From assembly GCF_052170195.1 (NCBI RefSeq), contig NZ_JBQNAZ010000007.1:21948-85947 (forward strand): 64,000 bases of DNA. The letters run 5' to 3'. Within the stretch, counting starts at the first letter, position 1; each line of letters starts with the position of its first letter. Shown here in pieces: positions 9,508 to 17,503 of this stretch. Position numbers and translations under genes: made by a program. This stretch comes from Tannerella sp. (lineage in GTDB: Bacteria; Bacteroidota; Bacteroidia; Bacteroidales; Tannerellaceae). The notes under the pieces are model-generated. The model saw nothing but the letters and a program-made list of their open reading frames with translations. It was not told where the DNA came from and did no database searches.

Positions 9508-10989
9508 TTATTTCTTCAGCTCTACGCGTTGTTCGTTGCGATAGCTGGGAACGGTTTTCAACGCTTTCAGATAATTAATCATATTTTCAGCCGTAGGCTG
9601 GAAAAGTCCCGTGCCCGGATCTTTATGTTCGTACTTGTAAATCGAAGCCATATAGCTATTCATTGCTACGGTATAGGTGCGATTCATATCGGCCGGTGTG
9701 CCGTCTGTCATAAACAGTTCCACATTGCTGACGGTACCGTTAGGAGCAAAGACATAGCGTGTTTTCAGTCCCGAAGGATAAATCGGTAGTCCTTCGTCGA
9801 GCGGTAAAGCCGCGATGAAAAGAGCGCTCAGTTCGTGTCCGGTAAGTTTGAAGAGGACGGTTTCGTTGCCAAAAGGATCCATGGTGTACACATCACGCAC
9901 GGTGATAGCTCCTTTCGATAGTTGATCAATACGTACCCCTCCGGGATTGATCAGCGCAATTTCAGCCTTCGTTCCTTCGCGCAGTGCGTCAACCATCAGG
10001 TAGCCAACCTGCTCGTAGCTTGTGAATTCGTCCGTCGCTTCGGCAACACGTTCATTCATTGTGGGATTATCGTTGTACTTATCTACCATCGCACGAACGG
10101 TGGCCTTCTCATTGCCTTTTTTCCCCACAGGCATCAGTTTCATGTGACGTTCTTTCGTTCCGTCGGGATTCACCTTGACCGTGATGAGCGTCGCATATTT
10201 GAGTTTGTTTTCAGCCTGAGTAATCAGTACGTCGTGGTGAAACTGCTCATTGTCGACCTTCGTATGCGAATGTCCGCCGATAATCAAGTCGGCAGCATCT
10301 TTCGGCAACTGACCGGCCAGCACGACATCATCTTCGAATCCCAAATGGTTGAGATAAATGAAGACATCGCAACGGTCGCGCATCGCCAGTTGTTTGAGAG
10401 CCGTTTCAAAAGGATTGTAAAAGGTGAATCCGACAGCATTGTTGGGATGAGTATCGGGAATTCCTCCTGCATTGATGGCCAATACCGATGTCAAACCGAC
10501 CGTTAGTCCGTTAGGCATCTTGATTGTTTTGTCCGGAAGAATACGGTATGTTTTTCCTGCCGGGGGAGCAAGGTTAGCGCAGAGAAAATCGAACGACGCT
10601 TTTTCGAGCAAGAGCCGGAAGCCTTCGGGACCGGAGTCGAACTCGTGATTACCGACGGCCGAAACATCGAACTGTACGGCATTCATCAATTCGATCATGG
10701 GTAATCCTTTCGGCGAGTACTGGTCGTTGATCGGATTCCCCGTCTGATTGTCGCCGCCCGAGACAAGCAGCATGTCGGGATACAACGCGCGCAGGCTGTC
10801 GACCATAAAAGCGAAGCGCGGAAAATTATCGATCGCGGCATGCATGTCGTTTACAGCCAAAATATGTAACATTCTCGGCTCTTGCGATGCAGATGCTTGT
10901 TTGCGGCTCGTACCACAACTTGTCCACGAGAGCAGTACGATAACGGACAGCGCGATAGCTGTCCACGGTTTTCTATGTAAGACTTTCAT
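9508..10989 (-). CDS. bifunctional metallophosphatase / 5'-nucleotidase, secreted lipoprotein-like
   Basis: ILAVNDMHAAI, VSGGDNQTGNP, GNHEFD and IIGGHSHT are calcineurin-like metallophosphatase motifs. A C-terminal 5'-nucleotidase domain follows. Signal peptide with SWTSCG. Confidence 0.85.
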   Translation of the reverse strand: MKVLHRKPWTAIALSVIVLLSWTSCGTSRKQASASQEPRMLHILAVNDMHAAIDNFPRFAFMVDSLRALYPDMLLVSGGDNQTGNPINDQYSPKGLPMIELMNAVQFDVSAVGNHEFDSGPEGFRLLLEKASFDFLCANLAPPAGKTYRILPDKTIKMPNGLTVGLTSVLAINAGGIPDTHPNNAVGFTFYNPFETALKQLAMRDRCDVFIYLNHLGFEDDVVLAGQLPKDAADLIIGGHSHTKVDNEQFHHDVLITQAENKLKYATLITVKVNPDGTKERHMKLMPVGKKGNEKATVRAMVDKYNDNPTMNERVAEATDEFTSYEQVGYLMVDALREGTKAEIALINPGGVRIDQLSKGAITVRDVYTMDPFGNETVLFKLTGHELSALFIAALPLDEGLPIYPSGLKTRYVFAPNGTVSNVELFMTDGTPADMNRTYTVAMNSYMASIYKYEHKDPGTGLFQPTAENMINYLKALKTVPSYRNEQRVELKK

Positions 10990-11101
10990 TATGTTTTATT
11001 TTTAGATGATGTTACTGAATTATTTTTCTTCTTGGGTATACCACTTTTGCAAATCGCCCTTGACGAGATAGCCCTTTATTTCGAAATCGGTTGTTTTTGA
11101 G

Positions 11102-11266
11102 CTAGAAAATGTCTTCGATTTCATACACAAACGTGGCCGCTTCTTCTTCACCCTCTGCTTGTTCTTTCTGGGCACCACCACAACCGGTTCCCCATACGAT
11201 TATCAACAACATAAGCAGCATACTTGCCGTTAAGTTACACTTTGCCTTTTTCATTGTTTTGCTCAT
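11102..11266 (-). CDS. small acidic lipoprotein (54 aa), hypothetical
   Basis: MSKTMKKAKCNLTASMLLMLLIIVWGTGCGG has a lipobox, followed by an acidic tail. The start was moved to ATG 11266 because a -7 box at 11316-11323 places the transcription start downstream of the track ATG 11311. Confidence 0.4.
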   Translation of the reverse strand: MSKTMKKAKCNLTASMLLMLLIIVWGTGCGGAQKEQAEGEEEAATFVYEIEDIF

Positions 11267-11315
11267 ATACAGGTTCAACGTTAAATAATAAAAGATATGA
11301 TTCAAAATCATGATG

Positions 11316-11323
11316 CAAAGATA
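11316..11323 (-). promoter_or_regulatory. -7 box (TATCTTTG) for the small lipoprotein gene
   Basis: Plus strand CAAAGATA, which is TAtcTTTG on the minus strand. Confidence 0.4.
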
Positions 11324-11345
11324 AAGGGAGAAGAGGAATATGTCA

Positions 11346-11386
11346 ATGAGTAAAATTACTCATTTTTGCATGAGTAAATTACTCAT
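11346..11386. promoter_or_regulatory. two tandem palindromes ATGAGTAA-N(1-2)-TTACTCAT, candidate operator pair
   Basis: 11346-11363 ATGAGTAAAATTACTCAT and 11370-11386 ATGAGTAAATTACTCAT. Each is followed by TTTTG, and both lie 23-63 bp upstream of the -7 box at 11316-11323. Confidence 0.45.
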
Positions 11387-11683
11387 TTTTGAGGAGGCAT
11401 TCTTCCCCTTCGTTGCGACAAGGATTTGTCTGACAAGCGTTACGAGAATATCTTTCTTTAAGTTTGTTGTTTTTCTGCTCTTACAAATCTAAAGTTGGAT
11501 TCTCCGAACGCAAATAACGCGAACGACGCAAAGGAAAAATAAAAGGAGTGAATAGTGAAAAACGAAAAGTGAAGCCTTTCGGACGTTTAGTCATTTTATT
11601 GTTTAAACAGTAAACATCTACAACAACTAAATATCCGAATGACTGACCGCTGAAAACTGATCGCTGAATGACAGTTTGCCGTA

Positions 11684-12046
11684 TCAATGACTGTATTGTA
11701 TCCGCGAAGAATAAGTGAGGTATTTCACTAACATCACGATGCCCATCACGAACGATGTGCCCATAATAAGCATTCCCACGATGAGCATCCGTATAGTTTC
11801 CCACGAGCCTGTTTCAAACTCGTAATATTCCGAAAGCAACGCAAGGGTCATGTATAAACTGCCCATTACGAAGAGTACCGAGAGAATCGATCCCAGAATA
11901 ACAGTCGGAAGAGGTTGCTTACGAATCAGAAACAACACACCCAACAATACCGCCAGTCCGATTGTGATCGGATTGAATGCCCCGATCAGAAGAAGTGCGA
12001 AAAATGCTTCGGGAATCCATTTCGTCCATGATTTTGTTTTGCTCAT
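11684..12046 (-). CDS. hypothetical small integral membrane protein (about 4 TM segments)
   Basis: 120 aa and strongly hydrophobic (FFALLLIGAFNPITIGLAVLLGVLFLI; ILGSILSVLFVMGSLYMTLALL; MLIVGMLIMGTSFVMGIVMLV). Confidence 0.5.
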   Translation of the reverse strand: MSKTKSWTKWIPEAFFALLLIGAFNPITIGLAVLLGVLFLIRKQPLPTVILGSILSVLFVMGSLYMTLALLSEYYEFETGSWETIRMLIVGMLIMGTSFVMGIVMLVKYLTYSSRIQYSH

Positions 12047-12153
12047 GATTTTCTGTATTTGATTACATCCGATGATAAAACGGACACTGTCTTTTATTAT
12101 TGTAACCCGTTCGGTTTTTTTTCTTGTTCTGCTGACCGACGCTTTTCTTCGCT

Positions 12154-12196
12154 CTAAAAAGAAAACGGCCGCAAGGAATCGTTTCCTTGCAGCCGT
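12154..12196 (-). terminator. rho-independent terminator of the arginine decarboxylase gene
   Basis: Stem ACGGCCGCAAGGAA / TTCCTTGCAGCCGT (one mismatch), loop TCGT. The plus-strand A-run 12154-12164 is a T-tail on the minus strand. Confidence 0.6.
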
Positions 12197-12267
12197 CTCT
12201 TAAACAGTACTTGGTTTATCGCTCCCTTAACGGTTCGGGAGCCAAATACTAACAAATAAAAACGTTT

Positions 12268-12810
12268 TTATTTCTCTTTGATTTCGGGCAAAAGAAAATC
12301 CGTAAAGCATAATGCCGCCAGCGCCGTACCGTAACGGCGTTCGATGGTCATTCCTTCGGTCACGAAATTCAGATCGCCCAGATAATACTTACTGTATGTA
12401 CGTTGATGCAGATCGTTAATGACGCGAATCAGACGCGCTTCCAATTCTTCGATACGGTAACGTCCACTCACTTCGCAGACTAATCCGCCGACTTTCTCGT
12501 CGAAATTCTCGTCTTTATACATCCACGCATATACGAGTCCAGCCGAGATAAACTCATCCTGATAACCGTGCGAAACGGCCATAATCGTTTTCAACTCCGA
12601 CCCGAACGGAGGCAGATCAACCTCGTCCATCGTCACCAAATGTGCCGTAGCCGGAATGACGGATGAATACGTCATGATGTTAAAATCGGCAATTCCCGCA
12701 TCGAACAATGCCATGTGATACGAACCCGCATGCTTTTCCAGGTCGGAATCGCCGCTACCTTTTGCCATAAAAAAGGTATTCGGAATCAGATTTCCTACTT
12801 TCTTTACCAT
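12268..12810 (-). CDS. pdaD: pyruvoyl-dependent arginine decarboxylase
   Basis: 180 aa. FFMAKGSGDSDLEKHAGSYHMALFDAGIADFNIMTYSSVIP carries the self-cleavage Ser-Ser region typical of PvlArgDC. Confidence 0.85.
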   Translation of the reverse strand: MVKKVGNLIPNTFFMAKGSGDSDLEKHAGSYHMALFDAGIADFNIMTYSSVIPATAHLVTMDEVDLPPFGSELKTIMAVSHGYQDEFISAGLVYAWMYKDENFDEKVGGLVCEVSGRYRIEELEARLIRVINDLHQRTYSKYYLGDLNFVTEGMTIERRYGTALAALCFTDFLLPEIKEK

Positions 12811-12907
12811 CTTTCAAATCTGTTTTTTTAATTCAATTAATATTCAATGTATGATTCATCCGCCTGCCGTTAATCATCCTTCGCAGACTTTCAACCCAAA
12901 CGGGCGA

Positions 12908-12915
12908 CAAAAGTA
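12908..12915 (-). promoter_or_regulatory. -7 box (TACTTTTG) upstream of pdaD
   Basis: Plus strand CAAAAGTA, which is TActTTTG on the minus strand, about 100 nt upstream of ATG 12810. Confidence 0.35.
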
Positions 12916-12989
12916 CGAACATCTTTTGTATTTTAGGACGATAGACGCAAATATTTTATGATTTTTTTGGAAAAATGCGTCCGTCTTTC

Positions 12990-13868
12990 TTAAAAGACAT
13001 ACACCACCCCTAATCCGGCCGTGCAGAATCCCAGTTGAGGCATCAGGGCGAATTGTCGTCCGTCTTCGTGTATCCCCAGCAGCCGATGCCAGACAGGCAG
13101 CATCAGGTAACCTGCTTCGGCGCTTAAGATCCCGACACCGGCACCGGTGATCACGTCACTCACCCAATGAGCGTTGTTGATAACCCGCAGCGTACCCACC
13201 GCCGCAGCTGCGGCATAACCGCCTATGCCGATCCATGGCGAATGATCACGATATTCCTTGTACAGGATATGTGCTCCGGTGAAGGCTACCGCCGTATGCC
13301 CTGACGGGAAAGAGTTGTATTCGCCCCATTGACGCGGACGCTCTACGCCGGTCAGGCATTTCGTGGTGTAAACCAACGCGAACATAAGGCTGTACGACGT
13401 AGCCAGAATCAGCGTGCGGTCGCGAAAATTGTGTCGGGCCTTGATGCCCGGCATGAAATCGAGTCCCCATGCGACGGCGGCCGGCATGATTTGAAGTGAG
13501 TTGTCGATGCCGTAATGACGGTCGATATGTTTGTTGACCTGTCCGGCAATGTGTTTGTCGAAACGTCGGACAGGGCTTTCGTTGAAGCGTGCCACCGTGC
13601 CGTAAGCGAGGCATAATGTCGGAACAATGAATCGGGTGATGATGGGCCGACGCTTTTTCCCTTCGGATTCACCCAGCGAAACGGTAGAAAATCTATCCGA
13701 CGAGAACGTTGGAGATATATTCGAATCCATTATCGTGGTGTGCGAATCTTTTTCGAGAAAGTGACGCTCCTCCGAGAAAGGAACAATACCGAGCGTGTCG
13801 CCTTCCGCATGCGTTGCGTGCAGCGAGCTGGCGATGCCGAGCAATAAAAGGAAGTACTTTTTTATCAT
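12990..13868 (-). CDS. PAP2-family phosphatase with N-terminal signal/extracytoplasmic region
   Basis: PAP2 motifs KCLTGVERPR, PSGHTAVAF, VINNAHWVSDV. ATG 13868 (MIKKYFLLLLGIASSLHA) overlaps the upstream stop as ATGA. Confidence 0.7.
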   Translation of the reverse strand: MIKKYFLLLLGIASSLHATHAEGDTLGIVPFSEERHFLEKDSHTTIMDSNISPTFSSDRFSTVSLGESEGKKRRPIITRFIVPTLCLAYGTVARFNESPVRRFDKHIAGQVNKHIDRHYGIDNSLQIMPAAVAWGLDFMPGIKARHNFRDRTLILATSYSLMFALVYTTKCLTGVERPRQWGEYNSFPSGHTAVAFTGAHILYKEYRDHSPWIGIGGYAAAAAVGTLRVINNAHWVSDVITGAGVGILSAEAGYLMLPVWHRLLGIHEDGRQFALMPQLGFCTAGLGVVYVF

Positions 13869-14446
13869 CCTTCGGCGGGTGTATGGGAGATAAAATAACG
13901 TTGGGTTGCCCATCGGTAAAGGAGAAAGACAAGTACTCCGAGCAGACTCCCCGTAATCATTCCCGCCCATACGTCCGATACGAAATGAGCGCCTAAGTAG
14001 ATGCGTGAATACCCCATCACCAATGCCCAGACGAAAACACCGATCGTGTACGGCTGTTTTTTAATCAGCAGCGACGAAAGCATGGCAAAACCGAACGCAT
14101 TTGTCGTATGGCCGGAGATGAATCCGTACAGTCCGTTGGCGGTGTATTCTTTCAATAGCCTGACCTGTTCGAGGTAAAGGGGGTGCGTCGTCGGGCGGAA
14201 GCGCGAAAACAAGGGCTTGAAAACAAGGTCGGAGGCGACGCAGCAAAGCAGAATAATCAGTCCAATCGAAAGGGAAGCCGGTAGCCGGTCAGGTCTCTTA
14301 CGAAAGTAGAACCAAAGCGGTACCAGCACTACCGGACACCAGATGAGCGTACCCGCAAACGGCCACAACAACGCGTCCGTCAGAGGAGTGTGCGTGCTGT
14401 TGATCCACATAAACAGATCATGCTCGTAGGCCAGCAGTTCTTCCAT
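13865..14446 (-). CDS. PAP2-family membrane phosphatase
   Basis: KPLFSRFRPTTHP, SGHTTNAFGFAM, SRIYLGAHFVSDV. Paralogue of 56195..56902. Confidence 0.75.
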   Translation of the reverse strand: MEELLAYEHDLFMWINSTHTPLTDALLWPFAGTLIWCPVVLVPLWFYFRKRPDRLPASLSIGLIILLCCVASDLVFKPLFSRFRPTTHPLYLEQVRLLKEYTANGLYGFISGHTTNAFGFAMLSSLLIKKQPYTIGVFVWALVMGYSRIYLGAHFVSDVWAGMITGSLLGVLVFLLYRWATQRYFISHTPAEG

Positions 14447-14464
14447 TTCAACCGGTTTTTTGGT

Positions 14465-15421
14465 TCATGACGACAAATCTTTTTGTTTCAGTTTTTCGAG
14501 CATGTCGCGGGTCATTGTATCTAAATCATATTGCGGCGCCCAATCCCATTCTTCGCGTGCGCAGGTGTCGTCCATCATGTTCGGCCACGATTCGGCGATG
14601 GCTTGACGCAACGGGTCGATGCGGTATTCCATTTCGAAATCGGGCAGGTATTTCCGGATCTGTGCGCAGATAATTTCGGGGTCGAAGCTCATCGAGGCGA
14701 TGTTGAACGCGTTCCGGTGTTTGAGTCGCGACGGGTCAGCCTCCATAAGTTGGATGGCGGCATGGAGCGCGTCGGGCATGTACATCATATCCATAAAGGT
14801 GCCGGCGGCAATGGGGCAGAAGAACTTTTCCTGCTTCACGGCCGAGTAGAAGATGTCTACGGCATAGTCGGTCGTGCCGCCTCCCGGAGGAGCCACATAC
14901 GAGATCAGTCCCGGAAAACGTACGGCGCGCGTATCTACCCCGAAACGACGGAAATAATAGTCACTCACCAGTTCGCCGGTCACTTTCGTTACTCCATACA
15001 TCGTATGGGGGCTGCGCACCGTGTCCTGAGGCGTCTTATCTTTCGGCGCGTCCGGCCCGAATGCTCCGATCGAACTGGGGGTAAATACGGCGCATTGCTT
15101 CTCGCGCGCTACCTCAAGCACGTTCAACAGTCCGTCCACACCGATCTTCCACGCCAGCTGCGGTTTGGATTCCGCTACAGCCGAGAGTAACGCTGCCAGA
15201 TTGTAAATCGTGTCGATCTGATACCGACTCACCGTGTCAGCAATCTGTTGTCTGTTTGTAATGTCTACCAAAGCCGAAGGTCCTGACTCGGCCAGGATTC
15301 CTTTAGGCTCCGCACCGGAAATATAGCCGGCTACCACATTCCCGTGGTAACGCTTTCTCAATTCCATGGTCAGCTCCGAACCGATTTGTCCGGTCGAGCC
15401 TATCACCAATATGTTCTTCAT
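14465..15421 (-). CDS. NAD-dependent epimerase/dehydratase (extended SDR), likely L-threonine 3-dehydrogenase type
   Basis: MKNILVIGSTGQIGSELTMELR... with the YGVTK catalytic motif. Overall it resembles SDR-type TDH. No kbl gene lies adjacent. Confidence 0.7.
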   Translation of the reverse strand: MKNILVIGSTGQIGSELTMELRKRYHGNVVAGYISGAEPKGILAESGPSALVDITNRQQIADTVSRYQIDTIYNLAALLSAVAESKPQLAWKIGVDGLLNVLEVAREKQCAVFTPSSIGAFGPDAPKDKTPQDTVRSPHTMYGVTKVTGELVSDYYFRRFGVDTRAVRFPGLISYVAPPGGGTTDYAVDIFYSAVKQEKFFCPIAAGTFMDMMYMPDALHAAIQLMEADPSRLKHRNAFNIASMSFDPEIICAQIRKYLPDFEMEYRIDPLRQAIAESWPNMMDDTCAREEWDWAPQYDLDTMTRDMLEKLKQKDLSS

Positions 15422-15634
15422 CTTTTTTGTTAATTTAGTTTAATTAACGAATTGCTTCGAATTTTCGAGGCGCAAATGTACACGATAAATTTTAATTTAT
15501 GTACAGTGACATAAAAAGTTTTTGCGACGTCATGTAATTGGCTCATTTTGCGGTTACCTTTTTTCTCCTCAAACGATCCGATACAGGCGAAAAAATAAAC
15601 GACGACCTTGTTTTACGAACCGATAGATAATTCG

Positions 15635-15642
15635 TATGTTTG
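15635..15642 (+). promoter_or_regulatory. -7 box (TATGTTTG) upstream of the ECF sigma gene
   Basis: TAtgTTTG lies 58 nt upstream of ATG 15700. Confidence 0.4.
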
Positions 15643-15699
15643 CATCCGTTCGGGAAAGTGTATGTTTCCGGATGATAGCAAAAGACATTATACCATGAT

Positions 15700-16269
15700 A
15701 TGGACGACAAATCAATAAATAAGCCGGATATCCGGGAGTTTGAATCGCTGTTTCGCAGGATGCAGCCGCAACTGTTCGCTTTCTGCCGTAAATACGTCGA
15801 TGACGAGGAATGTGCCAGAGATATCGTGCAGGAATGTTTTATCGGCTTGTGGGAGCATTATGATGACTCGATACATTCATACGAATCGTATCTGTTTCGA
15901 TCCGTGCATAATCGCTGTTTGTCGTTTATCCGCTCGCAAAAAGTCGGAGCCACATATTATGAAGATGTTGTCAGATGGCGTATTCGCGAAATCGAATTGC
16001 ATCCTGAGGAGCCCGCCCCCTTAGCCGATCTTTATGTTAAGGAACTGCACGGGATGGTGCACCGTATCGTGGAGAAACTACCCGCAAAATGCCGGCAGAT
16101 ATTTGAAATGAGCCGTTACAGAGGAATGAAAAATCAGGAAATAGCAACGCTGTTAGGGCTTAGCGTCAGAACCGTAGAAGTGCAGATATATAACGCACTG
16201 AAAATTTTTAAAACAGCATTTAACGACTATTTACTGATTCTGTTGATTATTTTTTTCGCTTTTCGCTAA
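15700..16269 (+). CDS. ECF-type RNA polymerase sigma-70 factor (Bacteroides expansion family)
   Basis: 189 aa. Region 2 (FESLFRRMQPQLFAFCRKYV...DIVQECF) and region 4 HTH (MKNQEIATLLGLSVRTVEVQIYNAL). Confidence 0.85.
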   Translation: MDDKSINKPDIREFESLFRRMQPQLFAFCRKYVDDEECARDIVQECFIGLWEHYDDSIHSYESYLFRSVHNRCLSFIRSQKVGATYYEDVVRWRIREIELHPEEPAPLADLYVKELHGMVHRIVEKLPAKCRQIFEMSRYRGMKNQEIATLLGLSVRTVEVQIYNALKIFKTAFNDYLLILLIIFFAFR

Positions 16270-16320
16270 GTACTTTCTGCTTTCTGTGTGTCATACTCTG
16301 AAAAGAATGATCCCAAAAAC

Positions 16321-17301
16321 ATGAAGCAGAACGATACGCTGATCATAAAATATCTGACGGGCAGTGCTTCTTTCGAGGAGCAGGCGGTGTTACTGAAATG
16401 GTTGGAAGATAGCGAAACGAACAGGGGGTATTTCCGTTCGATGAAGGATGCATATGATTCGGGGCGTTTGAAATACGAGCAAAAAAACAGTCGTGTTCAG
16501 TCGCAATGGGATATGTTTCGGAAAAACATTTCCGTCAATCGTCCTGCAGACAAACGACTCCTCAACCGTTTCGCTTGGATGCGTTATGTCGCTGTTCTTA
16601 TATTGGGTATACTATTGGTTTATTGGATTCGTTACATTGTGGGAGAAAAATCGGAGCGTACCGTGGCTCAAACCCGTATAGAGACAGGGGTTGGCGATAA
16701 ATCGAAAACAACACTGCCGGATGGGACCGCTGTGTGGCTAAATGCGTGCAGTTCGCTACGGTATGGCGACTTCTTCGGCAAGAGTGAACGGACCGTGTAT
16801 CTGAAAGGGGAAGCGTATTTTGAGGTAAAAACGGATAAACAACGCCCTTTCTCCGTCTGTACCGAAAGACTGACTTACCGTGTGACAGGGACTTCATTTA
16901 ATGTATACGCATTCGAAGAAGAAGAGACAAATTCGGTGGCCCTGCTTGAAGGAGGAGTTACGGTCGAAAGTGGAAAATGGGTGTATGCCATCAGCCCGGG
17001 AGAGGTGTTTACGTATGATAAGAACGCCGGTACTTTTACGGTCGAGAAGAGAGATGTGGAACATTTATCTTCATGGCGTCGGGGCGAATTTGTTTTCGAT
17101 AAGATGACGTTCGGCGAGTTGATCCATCGTCTCGAACGACTGTATCATGTGAAATTCGTCTGTGACAACCTCGAAGTACAACAGACCGCTTTCGGAGGTA
17201 CACTCAAAGATTATGACTCGCTCGAAACCGTCATGAACGTACTGAAGACAAGCCTCCGTATTAGTTATACCATAGAAGAAAATACAGTATTTATCCGGTG
17301 A
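16321..17301 (+). CDS. FecR-family anti-sigma factor
   Basis: One TM segment (WMRYVAVLILGILLVYW) followed by the FecR domain (LPDGTAVWLNACSSLRY...GEAYFEV). ATG 16321 is preferred to the track GTG at 16288. Confidence 0.85.
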   Translation: MKQNDTLIIKYLTGSASFEEQAVLLKWLEDSETNRGYFRSMKDAYDSGRLKYEQKNSRVQSQWDMFRKNISVNRPADKRLLNRFAWMRYVAVLILGILLVYWIRYIVGEKSERTVAQTRIETGVGDKSKTTLPDGTAVWLNACSSLRYGDFFGKSERTVYLKGEAYFEVKTDKQRPFSVCTERLTYRVTGTSFNVYAFEEEETNSVALLEGGVTVESGKWVYAISPGEVFTYDKNAGTFTVEKRDVEHLSSWRRGEFVFDKMTFGELIHRLERLYHVKFVCDNLEVQQTAFGGTLKDYDSLETVMNVLKTSLRISYTIEENTVFIR

Positions 17302-17503
17302 CGTTCAAATAGATTGAGAAATATATAAACCTTTAAAGATAGGAGGGATGTGTATGATATAGAGAAGAAAATAGGAACCAAATCAGGGGTGTTTCTGCTT
17401 ATTCGGAAATAACCCGACTGACTGTTCGACAGGGACAGTCTGCGTTTTTTTAAATCAAATAATAACAATTGTTCAATTAAAATCGCAATACAACAAATAA
17501 AAT

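Noticed and set aside
11481-11804. 107-aa minus-strand ORF overlapping the 3' end of the membrane-protein gene.
   Set aside because: It overlaps 11684..12046 in another frame, and its composition does not look protein-like.
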